A DNA stretch of 64,000 nt from Candidatus Pacebacteria bacterium CG_4_10_14_3_um_filter_34_15 (GTDB taxonomy: Bacteria > Patescibacteriota > Microgenomatia > UBA1400 > PJMF01), in NCBI GenBank assembly GCA_002783105.1, contig PFJN01000016.1, forward strand, positions 15,034 to 79,033, written 5' to 3'. Each line of letters begins with the position of its first letter. The first letter of the stretch is position 1. Below the pieces are notes generated by a model. The model was given only the letters and a program-made list of their open reading frames with translations, had not been told where the DNA came from and ran no database searches. Below are positions 18,116-29,701 of the stretch, piece after piece. A program made the position numbers and the translations under genes.

Positions 18116-19108
18116 ATGACAAAAAAAACAATCAAGAAAACTACTATTTTATTTGCGGTGATTTTAGTTTTTATAGTCGCAGCTATTTCGGCGCTGTTAT
18201 ATTTAAGTACATTATTGAAACCTCTTGATATAAATTCAACTAAATCTAGCCGATTTGTTATCCCCAAGGGTCAAGCAATTTCAATTATTGGTCAGAGATT
18301 ACAGGAAGAAAAGCTGATTAAAAATGCGTACGCATTTAGATTCGTTGTTGCTAAAGAAAAGTTGGTAAACAAGATTCAAGCAGGTTCTTTTGATATTTCG
18401 GCCAGCATGAGTGTGAGTGAAATAGCCAATTATTTAACAATTGGTACAGAAGATGTTTGGATCACGCTCCTAGAAGGATGGAGAACTGAAGAAATTGCAG
18501 AATATTTAGAGGCTCAGGACTTAGATAGCTTTAACAAAGAAGAGTTTATAACTATGGCAAAACCTAACGAAGGCATGCTTTATCCAGATACTTATTTAAT
18601 TCCTCGAGAAATATCCAGTGAGCAAATATACAATTTATTATTAAATACTTTTGATCTCAAGGTTGTTCAAGGTCTTTCAGAAGAGATTGCAGGCTCCCAA
18701 AGAGATTTTAATCAAGTTTTAATTATGGCATCATTAGTTGAAAGAGAGGCAAAAACTTTCGAACAAATGAGAAGAGTAGCTGGAATTTTATGGAATAGAA
18801 TTGATTTGGGCATGGCCCTGCAGGCTGATGCTACTTTGCAATATGTGAATGGCTATGACAGAGTTCAAAAAAAATGGTGGGCGGTTCCGAGCTCGGAAGA
18901 TAAAAAACAAAAATCACCATATAATACTTATTTAAATCCAGGGCTTCCTCCAAAGCCAATTTCTAACCCCAGTCTAAATGCAATTAAGGCAACACTAGAT
19001 TCTTTAGAATCTGATGATAGGTTTTATATTCATGCCAATGATGGTACGATGTATTATGCCTCAACTTTAGAAGGTCATAACGCAAATGTAAACAAATACT
19101 TGCGCTAG
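18116..19108 (+). CDS. mltG: endolytic murein transglycosylase MltG (YceG-like)
   Basis: An N-terminal TM helix is followed by the YceG-like domain pattern (..PDTYLIPRE..LVEREA..). Confidence 0.8.
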   Translation: MTKKTIKKTTILFAVILVFIVAAISALLYLSTLLKPLDINSTKSSRFVIPKGQAISIIGQRLQEEKLIKNAYAFRFVVAKEKLVNKIQAGSFDISASMSVSEIANYLTIGTEDVWITLLEGWRTEEIAEYLEAQDLDSFNKEEFITMAKPNEGMLYPDTYLIPREISSEQIYNLLLNTFDLKVVQGLSEEIAGSQRDFNQVLIMASLVEREAKTFEQMRRVAGILWNRIDLGMALQADATLQYVNGYDRVQKKWWAVPSSEDKKQKSPYNTYLNPGLPPKPISNPSLNAIKATLDSLESDDRFYIHANDGTMYYASTLEGHNANVNKYLR

Positions 19109-19128
19109 GGTGTGATAGTTGTTATAAT
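19100..19128 (+). promoter_or_regulatory. candidate sigma70-type promoter with extended -10 (TTGCGC-17-TGtTATAAT)
   Basis: The -35-like TTGCGC lies at 19100-19105, followed by a 17-nt spacer, TG at 19120-21 and TATAAT at 19123-19128, directly after the mltG stop. Confidence 0.4.
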
Positions 19129-19221
19129 ACTCAGTTCAGTGTACTAAATAATAGTGGGGCTAAATTTCTTGAGTACAGTAACGTACGTCACTTCAGGTGC
19201 ATTACTCTAAAAAAATATCAA

Positions 19222-19255
19222 GGGGAGCGACTTTTGTCAGTCTCTCCATTTTTTA
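19222..19255 (+). terminator. rho-independent terminator-like hairpin plus T-run in the mltG-rpoB spacer (possible attenuator)
   Basis: The stem pairs ggagcgact with agtctctcc (9 bp, 1 mismatch) around a 6-nt loop, followed by TTTTTT at 19249-19254. Confidence 0.5.
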
Positions 19256-19318
19256 GTTTAAAAGCCAGATTAGCAGCTCCCAACTAGATTAAACAAACTA
19301 TAATAGCAAGGGAGATTC

Positions 19319-22300
19319 ATGTCACAAACCAAGCGTCAAAATTGGGGTCAATCACACTCAATTCTACCAGAATTAGATCTGATTAAACTTCAAATCGACA
19401 GTTATAAAATCTTTTTAGAAACTGGAATTAGAAAATCATTAAACGAAGTTAATGGTGACAAAGGAATCGAAGATTACACTGGAAAAAATTGGGCGCTAAA
19501 GTTTGGAGAATACAGATTCGGTAAAGCAAAATACTCAGTTACTCAAGCTAAAAACAAAGGAGTAACTTACGACATGCCTCTTTATGTTGAGGCAACTCTC
19601 ATTAATAAAAGATCTGGCGAAGAAAAAACTCAAGAAGTTTTCTTGGGCGACATTCCTAAAATGACCAAAATTGGTACCTTTATTGTTAACGGTATCGAAC
19701 GTGCAGTTGTTACGCAATTAGTTAGATCTCCAGGTGTTTTCTTTGGTGGTGCTTTAGAAAGAACTCAAGGAAGACAACTTTTTAATGCAGAACTTAGACC
19801 AAAAAGAGGTTCATGGATAGAAATTTCAGTTGGTAAGAGAGATGTTATTACCGTTAAAATTGATCGTAGAAGAAAAATGCCAGTTACAGTTTTACTTAGA
19901 GCCCTAGGATATGGTTCTGACGAAGAAATTTTAGAATTACTCAAAACTGAGAACTCAATGGACGAGCTTAATTTACTTCAAAATACAATTGACAAAGATG
20001 CTACTAAAACTCAAGAAGAAGCTTTAATTGAAATTTACGAAAAAATGAGACCAGGTGAGCCAGCAGTTTTGGAGACGTCTAGAGAATATTTCAAACAATT
20101 ATTTTTTGATCCAAGAAGATATGATTTAGCAAGAGTTGGAAGATACAAACTTAATAGAAGATTAAAACTTAAAGTTGATCAAGATATAACTGTTTTGACA
20201 CAAGAAGATATCGTTGCTACTGTTAAATATTTAATTAGATTACAAAACGGTGAAGGTAAAGTTGATGATATTGATCATCTTAGTAATAGAAGAGTTCGCC
20301 AAATTGGTGAGTTAGTCAAAGAGTCAGCATTTAGAATTGGTCTTATTAGATTGGAAAAATCAATTAGAGAAAAAATGTCTTTGACAAAAACTGAAGAAGT
20401 TTTGAGTCCAGCAGCACTAGTTAATGCACGCCCACTCATTGCTACAATTTCAGAATTTTTCAGACGTAATAGATTGTCAACAATCTTAGATCAAACTAAT
20501 CCTTTATCTGAAATTGACAACCTAAGACGTTTGTCTGTTATGGGTACTGGTGGTGTGACCAGAGAACGTGCATCATTTTCTATGCGTGACATTAATGCGT
20601 CTCAATACTCTCGTATCGATCCAGTTAGATCTCCAGAAGGTCCAAACATTGGTTTAGTTACTTATCTTTCTCTTTATACCAAGGTTAATGATTTCGGTTT
20701 CTTGGAAGCTCCATACAGAAAAATCGTGAATGTTAAGGGTAAAATGCAGGTCCAAGATGAAATTGTTTATTTATCTGCAGACGAGGAAGAAGATTATAAA
20801 ATTACTCATGCAAGTGTAAATATTAACGACAAAGGAGTCATTCAAGATGAATGGGTTGCTATGCGTTATATGAACAGTTTTACTGAGGGTCCAGTAGAAG
20901 ATGCTCAATATATTGATGTTATTCCAAATCAAGTTATCGGTACGTCCGCATCATTGATTCCTTTTATTGCAAATGACGAAGCTAATCGTGCGCTTATGGG
21001 TACACATATGCAATGTCAGGCTGTTCCTTTGGTTAAACCACAGGCTCCAATTGTGGGGACAGGTATGGAGGCAGCAGTTGCTGCTGCTATGGGAAGAACA
21101 GTTAAGGCCGTTCATGCTGGTGAAGTTACCTATGTAGATGCAAATAAAATTGAAATTCAGACATCTAAAGCTGATTCAAAAAAAGCCATCGAGAGGTCAG
21201 AAGATTTTGACGAGATGCATACTCATGAAAATGGCAAAGATATTTATAACATTACAAAATTTATTAGAACATCACAAAGTACGTGTTATTCACAAAAACC
21301 AATCGTAAGCGTTGGTGACAAAATCAAAGCAGGAGACGTCATTATTGATGGACCAGCTGCAGAAGGTGGTGAACTAGCACTTGGTAGCAATTTAGTAATC
21401 GCTTATGCTTCATTCGAAGGTTTGGGTTATGAGGATGCTATCGTTATTTCTGACAGATTAGTTAGAGAAGACACACTTACTTCAGTTCAAATCAACGAAT
21501 ACAAAGCAAAAGTTATGGATACTAAGCTTGGTGCAGAAGAATTAACTAACGATATTCCAAACGTTTCTGAAATTTACTTGAGCAACTTAACATTGGAAGG
21601 AATTATTCGTGTTGGAAGTATTGTTAGCTCAGGAGATATCTTGGTTGGAAAAATTGCTCCAAAAGGTGAAACTGAGTTATCGCCAGAAGAGAGATTGCTA
21701 AGAGCTATTTTCGGTGAAAAGTCTAGAGAAGTTAGAGACACATCATTAAGATTGCCTCATGGTCAATCAGGAACTGTGATCGAAGTTTCAGTTTTGGATA
21801 GTGACCTTGGAGATGAGCTTGACCCTGGAACTCTTAAAGAAGTCGTTGTTAAAGTGGCACAAATTAGAAAAATTACCGTCGGAGATAAGTTGGCTGGACG
21901 CCATGGCAACAAGGGTGTTATTTCAAAGATAGTTCCTGTTGCAGATATGCCTCATACGCAAGACGGTACTCCAGTAGACATTATTATTTCACCACTTTCT
22001 GTTTTGGCACGTATGAACTTAGGTCAGCTTTTGGAAGCACATGCGGGTTGGGCAGCTCAGAAATTAGGCTATAAAATTGCTATTCCAGCTTTTGAGAGTT
22101 TTGATGAAAAGAAAATCTGGGAAGAATTAGGAAGAGCAGGATTACCAGTTTCTGGAAAAGCACAACTTATCGACGGTAGAACAGGCGAACAATTTAGTGA
22201 AACAACAACTGTTGGTATCGGATACATTCTTAAGTTGTCTCACATGGTTGAAGATAAAATGCATGCAAGATCAACTGGTCCTTACTCCCTAGTCACTCAA

Positions 22301-22768
22301 CAACCACTTGGTGGTAAAGCTCAAATGGGTGGACAGCGTTTGGGAGAAATGGAAGTTTGGGCACTTGAAGCACATAAAGCAGCACATACGTTGCAAGAAA
22401 TGCTTACTATCAAATCTGATGATGTGATGGGTAGAGCAAAAGCTTTTGAATCTATCGTTAAGGGTTTGGATATTCCTGAGCCAGCTGTTCCAGAATCTTT
22501 CAGAGTTTTGATGAGAGAGTTGAACTCACTTGGAATTGATGTTGTTCCTCATGAAGTTATTGAAGAAGATGAAGTAGTTTTAGAAGAAGCTTCACCGGGA
22601 CTTAATATTGATCCAGACGAGTTAAATACAGTTGATCAAAGTGCGGGAGAAGCTGACAATGATGATTTGGCAACTGTTGAGCTTGAGGATATTGAACCTG
22701 AATTCGACGAAGAAGAGGCTGCAAAAATTGAGGCCTTAGAAGATGATGAGAAAGAAATAGCAGAGTAA
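19319..22768 (+). CDS. rpoB: DNA-directed RNA polymerase subunit beta
   Basis: 1149 aa with conserved beta-subunit blocks throughout (e.g. GDKLAGRHGNKGV, LGGQRLGEMEVWALEA). The RBS is AAGGGAG. Confidence 0.97.
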   Translation: MSQTKRQNWGQSHSILPELDLIKLQIDSYKIFLETGIRKSLNEVNGDKGIEDYTGKNWALKFGEYRFGKAKYSVTQAKNKGVTYDMPLYVEATLINKRSGEEKTQEVFLGDIPKMTKIGTFIVNGIERAVVTQLVRSPGVFFGGALERTQGRQLFNAELRPKRGSWIEISVGKRDVITVKIDRRRKMPVTVLLRALGYGSDEEILELLKTENSMDELNLLQNTIDKDATKTQEEALIEIYEKMRPGEPAVLETSREYFKQLFFDPRRYDLARVGRYKLNRRLKLKVDQDITVLTQEDIVATVKYLIRLQNGEGKVDDIDHLSNRRVRQIGELVKESAFRIGLIRLEKSIREKMSLTKTEEVLSPAALVNARPLIATISEFFRRNRLSTILDQTNPLSEIDNLRRLSVMGTGGVTRERASFSMRDINASQYSRIDPVRSPEGPNIGLVTYLSLYTKVNDFGFLEAPYRKIVNVKGKMQVQDEIVYLSADEEEDYKITHASVNINDKGVIQDEWVAMRYMNSFTEGPVEDAQYIDVIPNQVIGTSASLIPFIANDEANRALMGTHMQCQAVPLVKPQAPIVGTGMEAAVAAAMGRTVKAVHAGEVTYVDANKIEIQTSKADSKKAIERSEDFDEMHTHENGKDIYNITKFIRTSQSTCYSQKPIVSVGDKIKAGDVIIDGPAAEGGELALGSNLVIAYASFEGLGYEDAIVISDRLVREDTLTSVQINEYKAKVMDTKLGAEELTNDIPNVSEIYLSNLTLEGIIRVGSIVSSGDILVGKIAPKGETELSPEERLLRAIFGEKSREVRDTSLRLPHGQSGTVIEVSVLDSDLGDELDPGTLKEVVVKVAQIRKITVGDKLAGRHGNKGVISKIVPVADMPHTQDGTPVDIIISPLSVLARMNLGQLLEAHAGWAAQKLGYKIAIPAFESFDEKKIWEELGRAGLPVSGKAQLIDGRTGEQFSETTTVGIGYILKLSHMVEDKMHARSTGPYSLVTQQPLGGKAQMGGQRLGEMEVWALEAHKAAHTLQEMLTIKSDDVMGRAKAFESIVKGLDIPEPAVPESFRVLMRELNSLGIDVVPHEVIEEDEVVLEEASPGLNIDPDELNTVDQSAGEADNDDLATVELEDIEPEFDEEEAAKIEALEDDEKEIAE

Positions 22769-22790
22769 CAACCAAACCACAAAGGACTTT

Positions 22791-25700
22791 ATGAAAAATA
22801 TTATTAACTTCTCTGCTTTAGAAATTCGCATAGCTTCCCCAGATACAATTAAGTCGTGGTCATTTGGTGAAGTCAAGAAACCAGAGACAATCAATTACAG
22901 ATCACTCAAAGCAGAAAAAGATGGCTTATTTGATGAGAAAATTTTTGGACCTATCAAAGATTATGAATGTTACTGTGGAAAATATAAAAGAATTCGTTAT
23001 AAGGGTATTATCTGTGATAAATGTGGTGTTGAAGTAACTCAATCAAAAGTTAGACGTGAGAGAATGGCTCATATCACTTTATCATCTCCAGTCGCTCATA
23101 TTTGGTTTTTTAAAGGTGCTCCTTCAAAATTATCTTTACTTTTGGATATCTCTCCAAGAAATTTAAGTTCAATTATCTATTTTTCAAAGTACTTAGTTCT
23201 TGATATTGATACTGATGAAAAAACAGAAATTTCTGATCGCTTGAATGTAGATTTAGTTGCTGCTCAAGATGAACTTAAGGATGAGGCAAAAGTAGGGATG
23301 GAATCAGTAAAAGCAACCTTAATTGAAGACAAAGCTAGTTTAAATGAAAAAGTAACAAGTAAGGAGACTCTCCAATTAAAACTCACAGAAGCAGAATTAA
23401 AAGCAAAAAACAAACTCGTAGCACTTAAGAAACAATTAGAAGTGAAGTTGGATCAAACTGAAGAAATTTATAAAACCATCAAACTAATGGTCAAGAAAAT
23501 TGGAAAAGGAATGATTTTAACTGAAGATGAGTATTTAAAGCTTGATGATTATAATGCTGTCTCTCACTTGAGAGTTGGAATGGGCGCAGAAAGTATATTA
23601 GAGCTTGCAGAAGCAATTAATTTGGACACTTTAGTTGCTAAATTAAGAGGAGAAATAGAAGAATCAAAAGGTGCTAAGTTGGTAAAATCAATTAAACGAT
23701 TGAGAGTTGCTGAAGGACTAAGAAAAGCCAAAATAAAACCAGCTTGGATGTTTATGACCATTTTGCCAGTTATCCCTCCAGATTTAAGACCTATGGTTCA
23801 GCTTTCTGGTGGTAGATTTGCAACTTCAGATCTAAATGACTTATATAGAAGAGTTATCAATAGAAATAATCGTTTGAAACACTTAATTGATTTAGGTGCT
23901 CCAGAAATTATTTTGAGAAACGAAAAAAGAATGCTTCAAGAAGCAGTTGATTCACTAATTGATGGTTCAAGTGCACGACAGACAAGAAGAAGACAAACAA
24001 GAAGACCTCTTAAATCTTTATCAGAAATGTTAAAGGGTAAGCAGGGTCGTTTCCGTCAAAATCTACTTGGAAAACGTGTTGATTATTCGGGACGTTCAGT
24101 TATCGTTGTTGGTCCAGAGTTGAAGCTCAATGAATGTGGTTTGCCAAAAGATATGGCGTTAGAAATGTTTAAACCATATGTCTTAAGAGAGCTGATTGTT
24201 AATGGAACCGCTCCTAACGTTAAAAGCGCGAAGCACTTAATCGAAAGACATGAGCCAGAAGTTTATGATATTTTAGAAGAAGTTACTAAGAATCATCCAG
24301 TTATTTTAAATCGTGCACCAACTTTACATAAGCTTGGTATGCAGGCATTTTACCCTATTTTGATTGAGGGAAATGCTATTAGATTACATCCATGTGTTTG
24401 TTCTGGTTATAACGCTGACTTTGACGGTGACCAAATGGCTGTTCACGTACCTTTAACCAAAAAAGCTCAACAAGAAGCAATCGATTTATTAATGGCAACA
24501 AATAATTTGCTTAAACCTGCTAATGGTGAGCCAATTACTATTCCAAATAAAGAAATGGCAATGGGAATTTATTACCATACAGTTGTAGATAATAAATTTA
24601 AAGTTTTCCCAGGAATATTCTCATCTAAAGATGAAGCTTATCATGTATACCAGATTGGTAAACTTGGGCTTAGACAATTAGTCAAAGTTAGAATTGCTTC
24701 TTTAGGAAAAGTTATAGAAACCACAGTCGGTAGACTTCAATTTAATGATTTATTGCCAGTTGAATTTGGTTATATAAACGAAGCAGTAGGTGCAAAGAAA
24801 ATCAAACAATTAGTGACAACTGCAATTAAAGAGTTTGATAAACAACGTGTTGCAAACTTAATTGACGCTATCAAAAATTTAGGTTTTGAAGCGGCAACAA
24901 TTTCAGGTATTTCGGTGTCAGTTAGTGATTGTGAAATGATTGAAAATAAAGATGAAATCATTGAAGCTGCTAATAAAAAAGTTGAAGAAATTCAAGAACA
25001 ATACAACGAAGGTATGATTGCAATTGAGGAAAGAAAAAGACTTTCATTTGATGTTTGGATTGATACAACAGAGGATATTGCAGAGAAAACTTGGAGTACA
25101 TATTCAGAAGACAATGCTGTTAAAGTTTTGATTGAGTCAGGTGGAACTCGTGCTTCAAAAGATCAGGTTAAACAGCTTGCAGCAATGCGTGGTTTAGTGG
25201 TTGATCCAAATGGTAATATTGTTGAAATGCCTACTAAGTCTAACTTTAGAGAGGGCTTAACAATTTTCGAGTACGTGACTTCAGCTAGAGGTTCTCGTAA
25301 AGGTTTGACTGACTCAGCTATTAAAACGGCTGATGCTGGTTACCTTACACGTCGTTTATGCGATGTTTCTCATGATGCAATTATCAGATTGGAAGATTGT
25401 AAAACTGAAGAATTTATCACAATTTCAGATGAAGATAGAACTGATGTTTTTGCAACAAGAATTGCGGGTAGAATTTTAGCTAGAGATATTGTTCTTAACA
25501 AGAAAGTAGTTGCGCAAAAAGGCACATTAATTACCATAGAACTCGCTAAAGAACTGGTAAAAGCAGGATTAAAAACAGCAGACGTTAGATCTCCTCTTAC
25601 TTGTGAAGCTTCAAAAGGACTTTGTGCTACATGCTATGGAATCGATTTTTCAACTTCAAAGATGATTGAGCTCGGAGTTCCAGTTGGAATTGTAGCTGCA

Positions 25701-26480
25701 CAATCAATTGGAGAGCCAGGTACCCAGCTTACAATGAGAACCAAGCATAGTGGAGGTATTCTAGGTGCTGACGTGACTCAAGGTTTGCCACGTGTTGAAG
25801 AACTTCTTGAAGCAAGAAATCCAAAGAATCAAGCTATCATTAGTGAGATTGCTGGAAAAGTTTCGATTGAAGAAGGCGACAAAGACATTACTGTTACTAT
25901 TAGAACAACTTCATCACCAGTTGAAGAAGTTGAGTATAAGCTTTCAGTAAATGCTGAGTTACTTATCAAAGATGGTGATTTAATCCATGTTGGTCAACAA
26001 TTAACAACTGGATCAGTTAGTCTTAAAGAGTTAGCTCTTGTAAAGGGTTTACTTCAAGCTCAACAGTATACAATTAATCAGGTGCAAGCTGTTTACGAAT
26101 CTCAGGGTATCCCAATTCATGATAAACATTTTGAAACTATCATCAGAAAAATGTGCGATAAGCTTCAAATTGAATCTGCAGGAGATACTGATTTCTTAAC
26201 TGGTGAAGTTATTGAAAAAACCAAGTTTATTGAAGCAAATGATGAAGCAATGGCTGCCGGTGGTGAACCAGCAACCGCTAAGGTTCTCTTTTTAGGAATT
26301 ACCAGATCGTCATTATTTACTGCATCTTGGTTATCAGCTGCTTCTTTCCAACATACTAAGAATGTCTTAACCGATGCATCAGCAGCAGGAAAGATTGATT
26401 ACTTAGATGGTTTGAAAGAAAATGTCATTATTGGTAGATTAATTCCAACCAGTAAAGAAAGAGCTAGTATTGAACTCTAG
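22791..26480 (+). CDS. rpoC: DNA-directed RNA polymerase subunit beta'
   Basis: 1229 aa with an N-terminal zinc motif ([23 protein letters not shown]), the [12 protein letters not shown] catalytic motif and a C-terminal Cys cluster. Confidence 0.97.
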   Translation: MKNIINFSALEIRIASPDTIKSWSFGEVKKPETINYRSLKAEKDGLFDEKIFGPIKDYECYCGKYKRIRYKGIICDKCGVEVTQSKVRRERMAHITLSSPVAHIWFFKGAPSKLSLLLDISPRNLSSIIYFSKYLVLDIDTDEKTEISDRLNVDLVAAQDELKDEAKVGMESVKATLIEDKASLNEKVTSKETLQLKLTEAELKAKNKLVALKKQLEVKLDQTEEIYKTIKLMVKKIGKGMILTEDEYLKLDDYNAVSHLRVGMGAESILELAEAINLDTLVAKLRGEIEESKGAKLVKSIKRLRVAEGLRKAKIKPAWMFMTILPVIPPDLRPMVQLSGGRFATSDLNDLYRRVINRNNRLKHLIDLGAPEIILRNEKRMLQEAVDSLIDGSSARQTRRRQTRRPLKSLSEMLKGKQGRFRQNLLGKRVDYSGRSVIVVGPELKLNECGLPKDMALEMFKPYVLRELIVNGTAPNVKSAKHLIERHEPEVYDILEEVTKNHPVILNRAPTLHKLGMQAFYPILIEGNAIRLHPCVCSGYNADFDGDQMAVHVPLTKKAQQEAIDLLMATNNLLKPANGEPITIPNKEMAMGIYYHTVVDNKFKVFPGIFSSKDEAYHVYQIGKLGLRQLVKVRIASLGKVIETTVGRLQFNDLLPVEFGYINEAVGAKKIKQLVTTAIKEFDKQRVANLIDAIKNLGFEAATISGISVSVSDCEMIENKDEIIEAANKKVEEIQEQYNEGMIAIEERKRLSFDVWIDTTEDIAEKTWSTYSEDNAVKVLIESGGTRASKDQVKQLAAMRGLVVDPNGNIVEMPTKSNFREGLTIFEYVTSARGSRKGLTDSAIKTADAGYLTRRLCDVSHDAIIRLEDCKTEEFITISDEDRTDVFATRIAGRILARDIVLNKKVVAQKGTLITIELAKELVKAGLKTADVRSPLTCEASKGLCATCYGIDFSTSKMIELGVPVGIVAAQSIGEPGTQLTMRTKHSGGILGADVTQGLPRVEELLEARNPKNQAIISEIAGKVSIEEGDKDITVTIRTTSSPVEEVEYKLSVNAELLIKDGDLIHVGQQLTTGSVSLKELALVKGLLQAQQYTINQVQAVYESQGIPIHDKHFETIIRKMCDKLQIESAGDTDFLTGEVIEKTKFIEANDEAMAAGGEPATAKVLFLGITRSSLFTASWLSAASFQHTKNVLTDASAAGKIDYLDGLKENVIIGRLIPTSKERASIEL

Positions 26481-26499
26481 ATGATATCTGTCAGTCTTA

Positions 26500-26508
26500 T
26501 GATATAAT
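26500..26508 (+). promoter_or_regulatory. candidate extended -10 element (TGaTATAAT) upstream of rpsL
   Basis: TGATATAAT at 26500-26508 lies 31 nt upstream of the rpsL ATG. No convincing -35 is present. Confidence 0.3.
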
Positions 26509-26539
26509 CAGTGTTCGTGTTATTTTATTGGAGTTATTT

Positions 26540-26953
26540 ATGCCTACAATTAATCAGTTAATTAGAAAAGGTGGACGTAAGCCCAATCCTAAGAGGATTA
26601 AAGCTCAAGCACTTCGCAGAAGTTTTAATTCTAATACTGGAAAACAGATTAAAACTACTAATCCACAAAAACGTGGTGTATGTACTGTGGTCAAAACAAT
26701 GACTCCTAAGAAACCTAACTCAGCACTTCGTAAAGTTGCTCGTGTTAGACTTTCTAATAAAATGGAAGTCACTGCTTACATTATGGGTGAAGGTCATAGT
26801 TTGGCCGAACACAGTATCGTTTTGGTTAGAGGCGGAAGAGTTAAAGATCTTCCAGGTGTGAAGTATCACATTATTAGAGGTAAATATGATGCTACTGGAG
26901 TCAGCAATAGAAAAACTTCATGTAGTAAATATGGTGTAAAGAGAAACGGATAG
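26540..26953 (+). CDS. rpsL: 30S ribosomal protein S12
   Basis: The translation [28 protein letters not shown] is S12, with a GGAG RBS. The track's TTG at 26528 is in the same frame but an unlikely start. Confidence 0.95.
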   Translation: MPTINQLIRKGGRKPNPKRIKAQALRRSFNSNTGKQIKTTNPQKRGVCTVVKTMTPKKPNSALRKVARVRLSNKMEVTAYIMGEGHSLAEHSIVLVRGGRVKDLPGVKYHIIRGKYDATGVSNRKTSCSKYGVKRNG

Positions 26954-27008
26954 TAATTAAATATTAAATGAAAGTATTTGCTAAAAATTTAGCAGAGAAG
27001 AAATTATC

Positions 27009-27485
27009 ATGAGAACTAAAAAAGCTCCAGTTAGAATAACTAGACCAGACGGAAAATACCAGTCTGTCAGAATTGCAAAGCTCATTAACTATGTGATGCG
27101 TGATGGAAAAAAATCTGTTGCACAAAAACAAGTTTATTTAGCTCTTGAAGAGTTAGCTCTAAAAACTGGCAAAAAAGCATTAGAATCTTTCGAAGAAGTA
27201 ATTAAAGCAGTTACTCCTCAAATGGAGGTTAGATCTAGACGTGTCGGTGGTGCTTCTTATCAAGTTCCTATGCCTGTTAGAAGCGGTAGAGGTTTTGCTC
27301 TTTCATTAAGAGCATTAGTAGAAGCTGCTAACAAAAAACCAAACAAGCAATACCATACTTTTGGTGAAAAGCTCACAGCAGAAATGCTCGAAGCCCTTCA
27401 GGGTACTGGTGGAGCAATTAACAAGAAAAATACTGCTCATCGAATGGCCGACGCTAACAAAGCATTCGCCCACTTTAGATGGTAA
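27009..27485 (+). CDS. rpsG: 30S ribosomal protein S7
   Basis: 158 aa with typical S7 sequence, located between rpsL and fusA. Confidence 0.95.
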   Translation: MRTKKAPVRITRPDGKYQSVRIAKLINYVMRDGKKSVAQKQVYLALEELALKTGKKALESFEEVIKAVTPQMEVRSRRVGGASYQVPMPVRSGRGFALSLRALVEAANKKPNKQYHTFGEKLTAEMLEALQGTGGAINKKNTAHRMADANKAFAHFRW

Positions 27486-27517
27486 GAATTTATTATTTAT
27501 AGTATAGGTGGGAAGAT

Positions 27518-29647
27518 ATGGCTGACAATACAAACACAAGAGTTCCATTAGAGAGAATTAGAAATATTGGTATTATTGCCCATATTGATGCTGGAAAAAC
27601 CACAACTTCCGAAAGAATCCTTTATTTTACAGGTAGAACTTACAAAATTGGTGAAGTTCATGAGGGTGCTGCAACTATGGATTGGATGGCTCAAGAACAA
27701 GAGCGTGGTATCACAATTGTATCTGCTGCAACCACATGTTTTTGGAAACCTCACTTTGAAGTTCATTTAGAAAATGCATTATATAGATTTAATATTATTG
27801 ATACCCCAGGGCATGTTGATTTTACAGCAGAAGTTGAAAGATCACTTCGTGTTCTAGATGGAGGAATTACAGTTCTCGATGCTAGTGAAGGTGTCCAGTC
27901 TCAATCAGAAACCGTTTGGCGCCAAGCAGATAAATATAATATTCCAAGAATTTGTTTTATCAATAAAATGGATAAATTAGGTGCAGATTTTTTTGCTACT
28001 ATTGAAGACATCAGAGTTAAATTTGGTGTGACTCCAGCTGTAATGGTTTTACCAATGGGTGCAGAAAATGATTTTAGAGGAGTTATCCAAATTCTTGAAC
28101 AAAAAGCTTTGTTTTGGAAAGATAGTGCTGCAGATACCGAACCAGAGGTTAAAGGAATTCCAGAAGAATACAAGGCAAGAGTTGCAGAATTAAGATCTCA
28201 ATTAATTGAACAAATTGCAGAAACTGATGATGAACTTTTACAAAAATTCTTCGATGGAAAAGAGATTGCTTTAAATGTATTAAAAACTGCATTGCGAAAA
28301 GCTGTTATTGATTACAAATTAGTTCCTGTTTATGCAGGCTCATCACTCAAAAATACTGGTGTTCAGCCAATGCTTGATGCAGTTGTAGATTATCTTCCAT
28401 CTCCAGTTGATATTGATCACATAACTGGTATTAATCCAAAGACTCAAGAAGAGGAAACCAGACAATTAGTTACAAATGAAAAATTCTGCGCACTTGCTTT
28501 CAAGATTCAAACAGATCCTCACGTGGGAAAAATTACTTACACTCGAGTTTACTCTGGAGTACTCAAGGCAGGAAGTTATACATATAATTCAAGTACAAAA
28601 CAAAAAGAAAGAGTTGGACGCTTGCTTCTTATGCATGCCAATCAAAGAGAAGAAATTCAGGAAGCAAAAGCAGGAGAAATCGTTGCTATTGTTGGTTTGA
28701 AAAATACCAGAACAGGTGACACTCTTTGTGATGAAGATAGCAAAATTGTGCTTGAGGGAATTACTTTCGCAGAGCCAGTTATTTCTTTATCAATTGAGCC
28801 TAAAACAAAATCTGACCAAGAAAAAATGGGTATGGCTTTGGCAAAACTAAGTGAAGAGGATCCAACATTTTCTATCAAATCAAATCCTGACACTGGACAA
28901 ACTATTATTGGCGGAATGGGAGAACTACATTTGGAAATTATTGTGGATCGTATGAAAAGAGAGTTTAGCGTTGAAGCAAATGTTGGTACACCTCAAGTTG
29001 CATACAGAGAAACCATTACCAAAACCGCTCAAGCTGAGGGTAAATATATCAAACAATCTGGTGGACGCGGTCAATATGGTCACGTTTTCTTGAGAATTGA
29101 GCCAAAAGATAGAGGTACTGGATACGAATTCGTTAATGGTATCAAAGGTGGAACAGTTCCAAGAGAATTTATTAAACCAACAGACAAAGGTGTTCAAGAA
29201 TCTCTTGAACGTGGTTTTTTGGCTCATTTTCCAATGAGTGATATCAAGGTTACACTTTATGATGGCTCATACCACGATGTTGACTCAAGTGAAATTGCAT
29301 TTAAAATGGCTGGTTCTTTGGCTATGAGACATGCAACACTTTTAGCAGGTATGGTTTTACTAGAACCAATTATGAAGGTTGAAATTTCAACTCCTGATGA
29401 ATACATGGGAGACGTAATTGGAGATTTAGGTTCAAGAAGAGCGCAAATTCAAGGGACAACAACAAGAGGTAGTGTTACAATTATTACAGCACTTGCTCCT
29501 TTAGCCGAGATGCAAGGTTATGTTACAATTTTAAGAAGTATGACAAAAGGAAGAGCATCATCGGTGATGTTGCCAAGTCATTACGATATTGTTCCAAACA
29601 GTATTACTGAAAAATTGGTAGCCGAGAGAAAAACTGGCGGAAGATAA
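27518..29647 (+). CDS. fusA: elongation factor G
   Basis: It has the G-domain motifs AHIDAGKTT and DTPGHVDF and is 709 aa. Confidence 0.97.
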   Translation: MADNTNTRVPLERIRNIGIIAHIDAGKTTTSERILYFTGRTYKIGEVHEGAATMDWMAQEQERGITIVSAATTCFWKPHFEVHLENALYRFNIIDTPGHVDFTAEVERSLRVLDGGITVLDASEGVQSQSETVWRQADKYNIPRICFINKMDKLGADFFATIEDIRVKFGVTPAVMVLPMGAENDFRGVIQILEQKALFWKDSAADTEPEVKGIPEEYKARVAELRSQLIEQIAETDDELLQKFFDGKEIALNVLKTALRKAVIDYKLVPVYAGSSLKNTGVQPMLDAVVDYLPSPVDIDHITGINPKTQEEETRQLVTNEKFCALAFKIQTDPHVGKITYTRVYSGVLKAGSYTYNSSTKQKERVGRLLLMHANQREEIQEAKAGEIVAIVGLKNTRTGDTLCDEDSKIVLEGITFAEPVISLSIEPKTKSDQEKMGMALAKLSEEDPTFSIKSNPDTGQTIIGGMGELHLEIIVDRMKREFSVEANVGTPQVAYRETITKTAQAEGKYIKQSGGRGQYGHVFLRIEPKDRGTGYEFVNGIKGGTVPREFIKPTDKGVQESLERGFLAHFPMSDIKVTLYDGSYHDVDSSEIAFKMAGSLAMRHATLLAGMVLLEPIMKVEISTPDEYMGDVIGDLGSRRAQIQGTTTRGSVTIITALAPLAEMQGYVTILRSMTKGRASSVMLPSHYDIVPNSITEKLVAERKTGGR

Positions 29648-29701
29648 ATTGACTAAAAATAGTATTATATAGTAATTAAGTAAATTAATTTAGGAGGCCT
29701 T

